A stretch of DNA of 64,000 nucleotides, taken from assembly GCA_030390025.1 (NCBI GenBank), contig CM059432.1, positions 73,534,001-73,598,000 of the forward strand, in the 5' to 3' direction. A model generated the notes under the pieces. That model was not told where the DNA came from. It did no database searches and saw only the letters and a list, made by a program, of their open reading frames with translations. Shown piece after piece: positions 24,141 through 35,086 of the stretch. Position 1 is the stretch's first letter, and each line of letters begins with the position of its first letter. Source of the stretch: Squalus acanthias. Its lineage: Eukaryota. A program made the position numbers and the translations under genes.

Positions 24141-25271
24141 GGCCTAAATTTTAATATGGAGGCAGGTTGGGAGCAGGGGGCCAGAAAGCAGTCGGGAAAC
24201 CCAGGAGAATGGGTTTCCCACTGGCCCTGCTGAATTTGCATTTCAAACCTCTGTTTCGCCCCTGTAGCCAGCCAGCCTCTCCATCTGGCCTGTGGCAATA
24301 GGTCTCAGAGGGAATGGGGGAGGGATCAAGTGGGGGTCAGGGGGGTGGTCAGGGGCCGCAGGAGGATCGGGGGGGATGGATCGGGGCTGGAGCATCAGGG
24401 CTGGCGGGAGAAGTCCGGGAAGGCAATCAAAGGCGTCATGTGGGTGATCGGAGGCCTTGCGGGGGGAGCGGAGGCCTGGGGTGGGGGGAAATCGGAGGCC
24501 TCGTGGGGAGGGTCGGAGGCCTGGGTTGGGGGGGAAATCAGAGGCCTCGTGGGGAGGGTCGGAGGCCTGGGGTGGGAGGGAAATCGGAGGCCTCGTGGGG
24601 AGGGTCGGAGGCCTGGGGTGGGAGGGAAATCGGAGGCCTCGTGGGGAGGGTCAGAGGCCTCGTGGGGAGGGTCGGAGGCCTCGTGGGGAGGTCGGAGGCC
24701 TGGGTTGGGGGGGAAATCGGAGGCCTCGTGGGGAGGGTCGGAGGCCTCGTGGGGAGGTCGGAGGCCTGGGTTGGGGGGGAAATCGGAGGCCTCGTGGGGA
24801 GGGTCGGAGGCCTCGTGGGGAGGTCGGAGGCCTGGGGTGGGGGGAAATCGGAGGCTTCATGGGGGTGATAGGAGGCCACGGGAGGGGATTGGAGGCCTTG
24901 GGGAGGCGTCTCCGATGCGGGGGGTGGGTGAGCCAGGGACGCTGGATCCAGGAGGCAAGCATAAAGGCACTTACCTCCTGGATCCAGCAGTCCTTGCCTT
25001 ACCTTAGCTGGCAGGTTTTCCGAGGCCTAAGAAACCCGACCAGCCGCAGTTAAATTTGAAATGGTAGTGAAATCTGAGGCCCGCCAGCCTCCTTATAATA
25101 TTTAAATGGGTGACCCGCCTCCTGGGAGCGGGTAGGCTGCCCGCCCCCCATCCCGCTTCCGTTAAAACCAGAAGTGGGCGGGTTGGGGTCGGGATTCAGT
25201 TTTTTAACACTTTAACCTCCCACCCAACCTAAACCCACCCGTTTTTTGGGGTTAAAATTCCCCCGCCCGCC
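24141..25271. mobile_element. Harbinger-type MITE carrying a G-rich minisatellite
   Basis: GGCCTAAATTTTAA ... TTAAAATTCCCCC termini; subterminal CCCGCC motifs. Confidence 0.6.
24448..24900 (+). repeat. G-rich minisatellite with two interspersed unit types
   Basis: TCGGAGGCCTCGTGGGGAGGG (20-21 bp) mixed with TCGGAGGCCTGGGGTGGGRGGGAAA-like units (24-25 bp). Confidence 0.95.
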
Positions 25272-25651
25272 AAAGTCTTTGGTCTTTACTTAACTGGATA
25301 AGTGGCTGTGAAGGCATTTGAAAGGCTCAAAATGAGTATTACTGAAAGCTAGTCCTGATTGCCCAGGTGTCAATAAGGGTAACAATACTCTCGAGAATAA
25401 ATTCACCAAACGGAAATCTTAAGGAATTAGCATTTCTATTCATTGCCATTAAAATAAATAAAAAAGCAAGGTTAACATCCCAGTTTCTAAGTGTGGAAAA
25501 CATCCACCTTAGTGTACACTGGGAATAATTCTGAACGTGAAATATTACTTGTTCTTAATACTAGGAAATATTTCTGAAGGCAATCTGAACACTTCAGTGC
25601 CACTTGAGTAAATATTAGCCATATCAACTTTAGACCTCTAGTAGACACAAT

Positions 25652-27047
25652 GGCTGGAATCTTTACCATGGAGTCGAGTTGCATGCGTGCGGGAAGCGTA
25701 GCGGGTCAGGAACGCGATGTTATGAGCAGCCCATTGTTCAGTGCAACTTTTACTTCATGGCCCCACTTAAACCAGTCATGCGCGTTTCCCGGCCCAATTA
25801 AATGGAGCGGGTCTGATGACGTCATCAATGACTCGTTTCCAGGGCCGATATTTAAAGCAGCCTTGCACACAACTCATTTGAAGATTGATGAAGGAGTGTG
25901 CAACATCATTTCCAGAGGTCTGATTACTGTTACAAAGCTGATAAAAGTGTCGCTCATGGATACTCAAAGGCAGAGGGCCGCACCAAGATTTAGTGAGGCA
26001 TCCCTTGATGTTCTGGTGCAGGCAGTGAGAGCACGCAGGGAGGTCCTGTTCCCTGCTGATAGGCACAGAAGACCACCCAAAGACACCAAAAGGGCCTGGT
26101 TGAAGATCGCAAAGGAGGTCAGCAGCAAGGATGTTGTCAGGAGGATGTGGATCCAGTGCAGGAAAAGATTCAGTGAGCATGTCCACCAGGTCTTCTGGGC
26201 AGCAGGTCTTGTTCCAGCAAGCTACAAATGTCTGCGGTGACCTGGCGTGATAGCCTGAGCCTCCTGAAGCACTGCTGTTCAGTCATGGCCAGGAAGCTCA
26301 TCCTCTGCCTGTATACCCTGTGTTGGGGGTATCGCCTCCGGCGTGGTGCAGCCCTGTGCTGATCCCCTCTCTCCTGTGGAGCATCAGGTCATGGAGGAGA
26401 AGGCTGCTGTTGTAGTTGCTGCTGCTGGTGTGGCTGGTGTTGTTGGTGCTGGGGCTCATCTTGGTCTGATTCTGAGGTCCAAGGTGAGAGAGTATAAGCA
26501 GCACCCATGCTGATGTAATAGATGGCTGGTAAATTGGAGCCCAATCCCTCAATATTGTGATATTGACTCGCAATGTCATGAGAGTGGCTTCCGAAGTTGC
26601 AGAAATGACCTGCAAACTGCTGGCAGCTAAATCTCTGCACAAAATGGAATCAGCAGGAGCCTTTCCATTAGCCAAGTAATCAGGGATAATGTGGGAGTAT
26701 TTATGTGTTTTTCCCAGCTCTCAATTAATGAACTCGCACAATGGCCACTGAGCTTCTGCCTCCCCTTCACAGGCAAGGTTCCCAAGGTGTGTGAATCCCA
26801 TGCTCCTGAAGTTAAAGCCAAAGCTACTGTTAAAAACCCTCTTAAGGGTCTCTCAACAAACATTTAAGTACTTCAATGAGGTCGTCCACTTCTTCCAATC
26901 GGGTCCGTGGCGCGCCTCCAAACACGCCCGAGTAAAATGCGGAAGTTGGCAGGATGACGGCAGGTTCCCGATGCGCTGCTAATTTTGCCGATTTTATTGC
27001 CGACCTGCCCCCAAACCCGCACGCTCGGCAACGGGAAAATTCCGGCC
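25652..27047. mobile_element. Internally deleted Harbinger: Myb exon 1 (+, from 25956) fused to the transposase 5' part (-)
   Basis: TIR GGCTGGAATCTT / AAAATTCCGGCC; TSD AAT; MDTQRQRAAPRFSEASL...WIQCRKRF; minus-strand [16 protein letters not shown]. Confidence 0.9.
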
Positions 27048-27300
27048 AATAGATTAAGCATTCACTGTAGGATTCCTAAGGTATGATATGATCTCCTGGA
27101 AATAATGGAATTGATTTTGTTCAGACTAGTAGAGACTTGAACATATGAAATGTGGTCTTCAAGCTGGTGAAAAAATGTGTTGCCATTTTTCAGAAGAATC
27201 TAAGGTGCTTTATGAATTTTTTAGTATAACTAAGATGCCTGCATTTATGGCAAATAGTATTGACTGCTGATTGTGGTTGCTACATAGCGTAGCTTTTTAC

Positions 27301-27534
27301 ATGATAACAATATTGTCTGTGATCAACACCCCTACTGTCAAATTATTGAGATAGATCTCTTCTTCCATCAAGGATTGTGTAAGCTGGATATTGCTAACAG
27401 TGCAATCACTTGCTAACACTGTGACATTCAACAGTACCAATCTGTGATAATCATCACCAGAACACCCATAGTGTAGCTGGAAAATGATTGACTTGGAGTC
27501 AAGGACAAATATGCATTGCAGTAACACTCTATGT
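27301..27534 (-). CDS. Candidate internal coding exon of an unidentified host gene (234 nt, phase 2-2)
   Basis: Acceptor TTCTGTTTTTATTCCTTTATGACAG, donor AT|GTAAAA, only one open frame (HRVLLQCIFVLDSKSIIFQLHYGC...VLITDNIVI), non-repetitive context. Confidence 0.5.
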
Positions 27535-27941
27535 CTGTCATAAAGGAATAAAAACAGAAACCTCTAAGTTTTATATGGTCTTTTTGTTTAACTGCTTATA
27601 TGGCAACTGGGAACAATTTTATGTGAAAAGGTAATTTTGATGACATGGCTATATAAGTTGGAAGCAATTTATCTGCAGAACTCTTGTTTTCTATCTAAGA
27701 CTAAGGTTGGAAATCAACAGCAACTATCTTTTCATGTAATCTGTAAAAAATATATTATCAGCAAGCAATATAGCAGATGATTTGGTCTTGGCCTTTTATG
27801 TGGGCTATTGGATAATCGACTGAATTCTCATGTCAGGCTAGAACAGAGCGCAATATATGAAAAAACAATAAAGGTGGAGATTCATGATAAACTAACACTT
27901 GTTTATACAATTTCTTGAATTACTATCAGAACTGTTACTAT

Positions 27942-28519
27942 GGCCTGAATTTTAACCGCCAGTGAGGTTTCCAGCATGAAATTGCATTGGGCAGTTAACT
28001 TCCCGCCCGTCCACAGCAGAATGAGGCCCGGCCGTTCATTTAGATCCTGTAACGGGCAGGAAGTCAACGGGAATGTCGTGCGGCCCGGAGGCCGTTCGCT
28101 AACAGCAGGTAAGTGGCGGGATCAGCAGCCGGGTCATAGCGCTAGGTTCCTGCGATCAGGTGGATGACATCACAGCAGGTGAGACCGAAGCTTTTCTTGT
28201 GGAACTTGGGGAGCACTCCTGCCACCTCAAGGAAAGTAAAAAAAAAATTAAAGAACTCACCTTTTTGGGGCTTCTTCCTCTGTGGATTGGCCTGCTGGGA
28301 AACTAATGTGTCGCTTCACGCACTGACCACCGAGTAAAAATTGCAGTCGGATCCCGATAACATCATTAAGCATGACATGCATATGTAAAAAAGGACCCCT
28401 CTGGCTTTGGGTGGGTGTCCTTGTTGCCAGCGACTTCAGGGTGGGTAAGTAACTTGGGTGATTTTAACTGCCCCCCCCGCCCTGTTTCTACTGGGCAAGT
28501 GGGGTTGAAACCACCTCCC
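27942..28519. mobile_element. Degenerate Harbinger-type MITE
   Basis: Starts GGCCTGAATTTTAACC; right end eroded (GGTTGAAACCACC). Confidence 0.5.
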
Positions 28520-28525
28520 TCTATC

Positions 28526-28680
28526 CAATGTTCCCACTAAGGTGCGTGGCTGCGCATTAATCATGAGGTCCCGAGCAGGTCGCTCACCAGCTGCTGCCGC
28601 TGGAAGAGATAGTACGCATGCGTGGCCCCTGCAACAAATTTAAAGGGACCACGCACAAAAAAAAATTAGAGGGTACATTG
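28526..28680. mobile_element. 155-bp hAT-superfamily MITE
   Basis: TIR CAATGTTCCCACTAA / TTAGAGGGTACATTG; exact 8-bp TSD CCTCTATC (28518-28525, 28681-28688). Confidence 0.88.
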
Positions 28681-28842
28681 CCTCTATCCCTTTCCCAACC
28701 CACCAATTACAGCGGTACAACAAGTGCCAACATTTGTTTTTCCTTATTACCTGGATTCACTGCAATATCAGAAACCATTAATCTAATTTCGCAAAATGGC
28801 AATGATCGAGGTGTCACTTTAGCAGTTTGCTTTGAAATTCCA

Positions 28843-29040
28843 GCCGATCACAGACCTTTGCTTTTGTTCTTTCCTCCCCTCCCTCGCTTTCCCTGCCACT
28901 GTACTTGTTTAAAACCTGTTACATCTCTAACATTTTCCAGTTCTGGTGAAAGATCACTGACCTGAAACGTTAACTTTGTTTCTCTCTCCACAGATGCTGA
29001 GTGTTTCCATCATTTTCTGTTTTTATTTCAGAATTCCGCA
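28843..29040 (+). mobile_element. Penelope-like element 3' fragment with a mutated hammerhead core
   Basis: Homologous to 47845-48040; CTGGTGA...GAAACGTTAACT at 28939-28975. Confidence 0.7.
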
Positions 29041-30610
29041 GTTTTTTACTTTTGCTTTGAAATTAGAATGGTTTCTGCCTGTACTATTGATTATCTTACA
29101 CTGTGAATGTATTGGTCTAGATTTTCTGCCACCTTCCACCTGATTTTGAGGCAGTAATTGGGCGGGCAGAAATAGAGCCAGGAAATGGGAGTAGGATGCA
29201 TTACGCTGACCTGCACTCACCCAAACTTACGTCATTTCCGGCACACAGTGGACACCACTGCCCATTTTTCAATGGTTGTATGTAAATACCGTGGTGATGT
29301 TATGGAAGTTAAATTGGATAACCCCCGACAACAGGCATAGGGATCGCGATGCGTGATTAACCTGCGCCCGTTGATTGAAATGAAGGCAGCATGCCAACTT
29401 CATGCTGCTTGCGCATTACCATGATTTCTGCGTGTAGCCTACACGTCCTTCGCTGTTCATTGGCTGCACACATCAGTAGGGGGCCCAATATCATGAGTGG
29501 CTAGGACAACTTAAAGCTAGCCTGCATTACTTAAAATTGGCCTGCACCTCTTAAAGGGGAGGTGCATTGTGGCTGCTGGAGGTGCTGAGATCATTGGAAA
29601 GTGTGCTGTGCAACAATCAACAATGGCTGACCATGGGAAAGAGCAGGCACCAAGGTTATCGGATGCTGCACTGGAGGTCTTGGTTCAAAAGGCGGAAAGA
29701 GAAAGAGCTGTTCTGTACCCTCAGGGGGGCTGGAGGCCCTCCAGACATATGCTCAGAAGGCAGTGGCAAGAGATAGCCGAGGAGGTCAATGTAGGAAGAA
29801 CTTTAATGATCTCACGCAAGTGGTCAAGGTCAGTGAATGCATCTTCAAATGCCATATACTACCAACTGCACCACTAGCCTCAGCCACTGCTCAAATACCA
29901 CACTTCCATCACTCATCTACCAACAACCTCTATCAAGCAGGACTCATACCTAACATTCATATGCTTCACCTCATCCTCACACACTTAGCACTGTTACAAG
30001 CCTCAAACCCACATCTCACAGTTTGCACGAGGTCACCCTGCAAGGCCATCTGCAGTCTTCTCCACTGAAAGCCAGCAGCCTTCCACCAGCTATGCTGTAG
30101 CCACTGGGGAAGCAGCTCGTAGGGGCACTAGGAGAGGCAAAGGCACACGGAAGAGGCACTAAGGGAATGCACAAGGGTGATTAGTTTATCTTTGTATTCA
30201 CTATGGCATGATTTAATTTATAAATTTGGATTGGAAAGTATATTTTGGGTTGGCTTTTATTTTTGCAATGTGGCCAAGAGGATGATGTGATGGTAAGGTG
30301 TAAAAGGAAAGGTAAGGAGTGTGGGACTGTTGGTGAATGGGGAATTGGGGTTGAGGTTACTGGCATCACTCATTAATTATTTGTTCACGTAGAGCCCGAG
30401 CAGAAATGGGCTGTCAACATTGCAGCCTCTCCTCCGCCCCGACGTCCACTGCCTCATCGTCCTGCTCCTCGTGCTCCTGATCCTTAGCTTCTCGCCTGAT
30501 AGGCAGTGGGAAGGGCTGTTCCCTCATGATGGCAAGGTTGTGCAGCATGCAGCATACCATGACAAATCTTAAGATCCACTCAGCCGAGTACTGCAGGGCT
30601 CCTACAGAGC

Positions 30611-32075
30611 AGTTACAACACTGGCATCTATCCAACAATGTGGAAAATTGCACAGGTATGTCCTGTCCAGAAAAAGCAGGACAAATCCAACCCGGCCAAT
30701 TACCGCCCCTAGGTCTACTCTCAATCATCAGCAAAGTGATGGAAGGTGTCATCGAAAGTGCTATCAAGCGGCACTTACTCACCAATAGCCTGCTCACTGA
30801 TGCCCAGTTTGGGTTCCGCCAAGACCACTCGGCTCCCGACCTCATTACAGCCTTGGTCCAAACATGGACAAAGGAGCTGAATTCCAGAGGTGAGCTGAGA
30901 GTGACTGCCCTTGACATCAAGGCAGCATTTGACCAAGTCTGGCATCAAGGAGACCTAGTAAAACTGAAGTCAATGGGAATCGAGGGGAAACCTCTCCACT
31001 GGCTGGAGTCATACCTAGCACAAAGGAAGATGGTGGTGGTGGTTGAAGGTCAATCATCACAGCCCCAGGACATCGCTGCAGGAGTTCCTCAGGGCAGTGT
31101 CCTAGGCCCAACCATCTTCAGCTGCTTCATCAATGATCTTCCCTCCATCATAAGATCAGAAATGGGGATGTTTGCTGATGACTGCACAGTGTTCAGCGCC
31201 ATTCACAACTCCTCAGATAATAAAGCAGTCCATGCCCGTATGCAACAAGACCTGGATGACGTTCAGGCTTGGGCTGATAAGTGGCAGGTAACATTCGCGT
31301 CACAGTATTGCCAGGCAATGACTATCTCCAACAAGTGAGAGTCTAACCAGCTCCCCTTGGATTCAACGGTATTACCATTGCTGAATCCCCCACCATCAAC
31401 ATCCTGGGGGTCACCATTGATCAGAAACTTAACTGGACCAGCCACATAAATACTGTGGCAACAAGAGCAGGTCAGAGGCTAGGTATTCTGCAGCGAGTGT
31501 CTCACCTCCTGACTCCCCAAAGCTGTTCCACCAGCTACAAGGCACAGTAAGGAGTGTGATGGAATACTCTCCACTTGCCTGGATGAGTGCAGCTCCAACA
31601 ACACTCAAGAAGCTCAACACCATCCAGGACAAAGCAGCCCGCTTGATTGGCACCCCATCCACCACCTTAAACATTCACTCCCTCCACCACCGACGTACTG
31701 TGGCTGTAGTGTCTACCATCTACAAGATGCACTGCAGCAACTCGCCAAGGCTTCTTCAGCAGCACCTTCCAAACCCGCGACCTCTTCCAGCTAGAAGGAC
31801 AAGGGCAGCAGGTGCCTGGGAACACCGCCACCTCCAAATTCCCCTCCAAGTCACACACCATCCTGACTTAGAAGTATATCACCGATCCTTCATCGTCGCT
31901 GGGTCAAAATCCTGGAACTCCCTCCCTAACAGCACTGTGGGAGTACCTTCACCACACGGACTGCAGCGGTTCAAGAAGGCGGCTCACCACCACCTTCTCA
32001 AGGGCAATTAGGGATGGGCAATGAATTCTGGCCTTGCCAGCGATGCCCACATCCCATAAATGAATTTTTTTTTAA
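30611..32075 (+). mobile_element. 5'-truncated CR1/L2-group LINE (RSg-1-like), same family as 35087-38768
   Basis: ALDIKAAFD, VPQGSVLGP, MFADD; 3' end KKAAHHHLLKGN then GGGATGGGCAAT. Confidence 0.9.
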
Positions 32076-32291
32076 AGTCCAGGCAGCGGAATCGTTGCTT
32101 TAGGAAGCCAATGGTCTGTTCTACAAGATTTTTTGTGGCAGCATGGCTCTCATTGTATGCATATTGTGCATGGGTTCCAGACCGGAGTCATGAGCCATGT
32201 CATGAGTGGATAACCCTTGTCGCCTTGGTGGTTGAAATACAGCTGACACAGAGGACTGCCACAGAATGAACGCATCGTGATTGCTGCCAGG

Positions 32292-35030
32292 ATAGAATAA
32301 AAGGAAAAGGGGGTGGGGTAGCATTGCTGGTTAAAGAGGAGATTAATGCAATAGCTAGGAAGGACATCAGCTTGGAGGATGTGGAATCAATATGGGTTGA
32401 GCTGCAGAACACCAAAGGGCAGAAAACGTTAGTGGGAGTTGTGTACAGACCTCCAAACAGCAGTAGTGAGGTGGGGGAGGGTATGAAACAGGAAATCAGA
32501 GGTGCGTGCAAAAAAGGCACGGCAGTTATCATGGGTGACTTTAATATGCATATAGATTGGGCTACTCAAACTGGAAGCAATACGGTGGAGGAGGATTTCC
32601 TGGAGTGTTTAAGGGATGGTTTCCTAAACCAATATGTTGAGGAACCAACTCGAGGGGAGGCCATCCTGGACTGGGTGTTGTGTAATGAGGAAGGACTAAT
32701 CAGCAATCTTGTGGTACGAGGCCCCCTGGGGAAGAGTGACCATAGTATGGTGGAGTTCTACATTAGGATGGAGAAGGAAACAGTTAAGTCAGAGACCATG
32801 GTCCAGAACTTAAATAAGGGCAACTTTGAGGGTATGAGGCTTGAATTGGCGAGGTTAAATTGGCAAGCGATATTTAAGGGGCTATCAGTGGAAGGGCAAT
32901 GGCAGACATTTAGAGATCGCATGGATGAACTACAGCAATTGTACATCCCGGTCTGGCGTAAAAATAAAAAAGGGAAGGTGGCTCAACCATGGCTAACAAG
33001 GGAAATCAGGGATAGTATTAAAACCAAGGAAGTTGCATACAAATTGGCCAGAAGTAGCAGCAAACCCGGGGACTGGGAGAACTTCAAAACTCAGCAGAGG
33101 AGGACGAAGGGTTTGATTAGGGCAGGGAAAATAAAATATGAAAGGAAGCTTGCAGAGAACATTAAAACGGACTGCAAAAGCTTCTATAAATATGTAAAAA
33201 GAAAGAGGTTAGTAAAAACAAACGTAGGTCCCCTGCAGTCGGAAACAGGGGAAGTCGTAATGGGGAACAAGGAAATGGCAGATCAATTGAACAAGTACTT
33301 TGGTTCGGTGTTTACTGTGGAGGACACACACAACCTGCCGGAAATAAAAGGGGTCAGAGGATCTGGTAAGAGGGAGGAGCTGAGGGAAATCCTTATTAGA
33401 CGGGAAAAGGTATTGGGAAAATTGATGGGACTGAAGGCTGAAAAATCCCCGGGGCCTGATGGTCTGCATCCCAGAGTACTTAAGGAGGTGGCCTTGGAAA
33501 TAGTGGATGCATTGACGATCATTTTCCAACATTCCTTAGACTCTGGATCAGTTCCGATGGAGTGGAGGGTGGCCAATGTAACCCCTCTTTTTAAAAAAGG
33601 AGGGAGGGAGAAAGCAGGGAATTATAGACCGGTCAGCCTGACATCGGTTGTGGGTAAAATGATGGAAGCAATTATTAAAGATGTCATAACAGACCATTTG
33701 GAAAGTGGCGACATGATAGGTCCAAGTCAGCATGGATTTGTGAAAGGGAAATCATGCTTGACAAATCTTCTGGAATTTTTTGAGGATGTTTCCAATAGGG
33801 TGGACAGGGGGGAACCAGTAGATGTGGTGTATTTGGACTTTCAGAAGGCCTTCGACAAGGTCCCACACAAGAGATTGGTGAGCAAAGTTAAAGCACATGG
33901 GATTGGGGGTAATGTGTTGACGTGGATTCAGAACTGGTTGGCACACAGGAAACAAAGAGTAGGAGTAAATGGGTACTTTTCAGAATGGCAGGCAGTGACC
34001 AGCGGGGTACCGCAGGGTTCGGTGCTGGGACCCCAGCTGTTTACATTATATATTAATGATTTGGACGAAGGGATTAAATGTAATATCTCCAAATTTGCGG
34101 ATGACACTAAATTGGGAGGCAGTGTGAACAATGACGAGGATGCTAGGAGGCTACAGAGTGACTTGGACAGGTTGGGTGAATGGGCAAATGTATGGCAGAT
34201 GAAGTACAATGTGGATAAATGTGAGGTTATCCACTTTGGTGGTAAAAATAGAGAGGCGGACTATTACCTGAATGGTGGCAGATTAGGGAAAGGGGAGGTG
34301 CAACGAGACCTGGGCGTCATGGTACATCAGTCACTGAAGGTGGGAATGCAAGTGCAGCAGGCAGTCAAGAAAGCAAACGGAATGATGGCCTTCATAGTAA
34401 GGGGATTTGAGTACAGGAGTAGGGAGGTGATGCTGCAGTTGTACAGGGCCTTGGTGAGGCCACACCTGGAGTATTGTGCGCAGTTTTGGTCTCCTAACTT
34501 AAGGAAGGACATTCTTGCTATCGAGGGAGTGCAGCGAAGGTTCACTAGATTGATTCCTGGGATGGCCGGTCTGACATATCAAGAAAGATTGGGTCAACTG
34601 AACTTGTATCCTCTGGAGTTCAGAAGAATGAGGGGGGATCTTATAGAGACATTTAAAATCCTGACTGGTTTAGACAAATTAGATGCGGGCAGAATGTTCC
34701 CAATGTTAGGGAAAACTAGAACCAGGGGTCACAGTCTAAGGATTAAGGGGAAGCCATTTAAGACTGAGCTGAGGAGGAACTTCTTCACCCAGAGAGTGGT
34801 AAATCTATGGAATTCTCTTCCACAGAAGGTTGTTGAGGCCAGTTCGCTAAATATATTCAAAAGGGAGTTAGATATAACACTCACAACTAGGGGGATCAAG
34901 GGGTATGGCGAGAAAGCAGGAATGGGGTACTGAGGTAGCATGTTCAGCCATGAACGCATTGAATGGCGGTGCAGGCTCGAAGGACCGAATGGTCTACTCC
35001 TGTACCTATTTTCTATGTTTCTATGTTTCT
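32292..35030 (+). mobile_element. Young CR1 LINE truncated within the endonuclease domain
   Basis: Uninterrupted 869-codon frame, 3' UTR, (TTCTATGT)n tail; ATA at both junctions. Confidence 0.95.
32324..34933 (+). CDS. CR1 ORF2 (partial APE endonuclease + complete RT), open frame lacking its native start
   Basis: [40 protein letters not shown]; no internal stops. Confidence 0.85.
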   Translation: MLVKEEINAIARKDISLEDVESIWVELQNTKGQKTLVGVVYRPPNSSSEVGEGMKQEIRGACKKGTAVIMGDFNMHIDWATQTGSNTVEEDFLECLRDGFLNQYVEEPTRGEAILDWVLCNEEGLISNLVVRGPLGKSDHSMVEFYIRMEKETVKSETMVQNLNKGNFEGMRLELARLNWQAIFKGLSVEGQWQTFRDRMDELQQLYIPVWRKNKKGKVAQPWLTREIRDSIKTKEVAYKLARSSSKPGDWENFKTQQRRTKGLIRAGKIKYERKLAENIKTDCKSFYKYVKRKRLVKTNVGPLQSETGEVVMGNKEMADQLNKYFGSVFTVEDTHNLPEIKGVRGSGKREELREILIRREKVLGKLMGLKAEKSPGPDGLHPRVLKEVALEIVDALTIIFQHSLDSGSVPMEWRVANVTPLFKKGGREKAGNYRPVSLTSVVGKMMEAIIKDVITDHLESGDMIGPSQHGFVKGKSCLTNLLEFFEDVSNRVDRGEPVDVVYLDFQKAFDKVPHKRLVSKVKAHGIGGNVLTWIQNWLAHRKQRVGVNGYFSEWQAVTSGVPQGSVLGPQLFTLYINDLDEGIKCNISKFADDTKLGGSVNNDEDARRLQSDLDRLGEWANVWQMKYNVDKCEVIHFGGKNREADYYLNGGRLGKGEVQRDLGVMVHQSLKVGMQVQQAVKKANGMMAFIVRGFEYRSREVMLQLYRALVRPHLEYCAQFWSPNLRKDILAIEGVQRRFTRLIPGMAGLTYQERLGQLNLYPLEFRRMRGDLIETFKILTGLDKLDAGRMFPMLGKTRTRGHSLRIKGKPFKTELRRNFFTQRVVNLWNSLPQKVVEASSLNIFKRELDITLTTRGIKGYGEKAGMGY

Positions 35031-35086
35031 ATACCGGGCATTGATGTGCATGATGCTCTGCATGTGGTCACATACCTGCTGCACAT

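Noticed and set aside
24314..25053. Long Gly/Arg-rich ORFs, or a CRISPR-like array
   Set aside because: ORFs in all frames arise from a stop-free minisatellite; there are no unique spacers or cas genes and the DNA is vertebrate
25487..25640. Minus-strand open stretch (QVALKCSDCLQKY) as another host exon
   Set aside because: Weak splice sites; the ORF start lies in the adjacent transposon TIR
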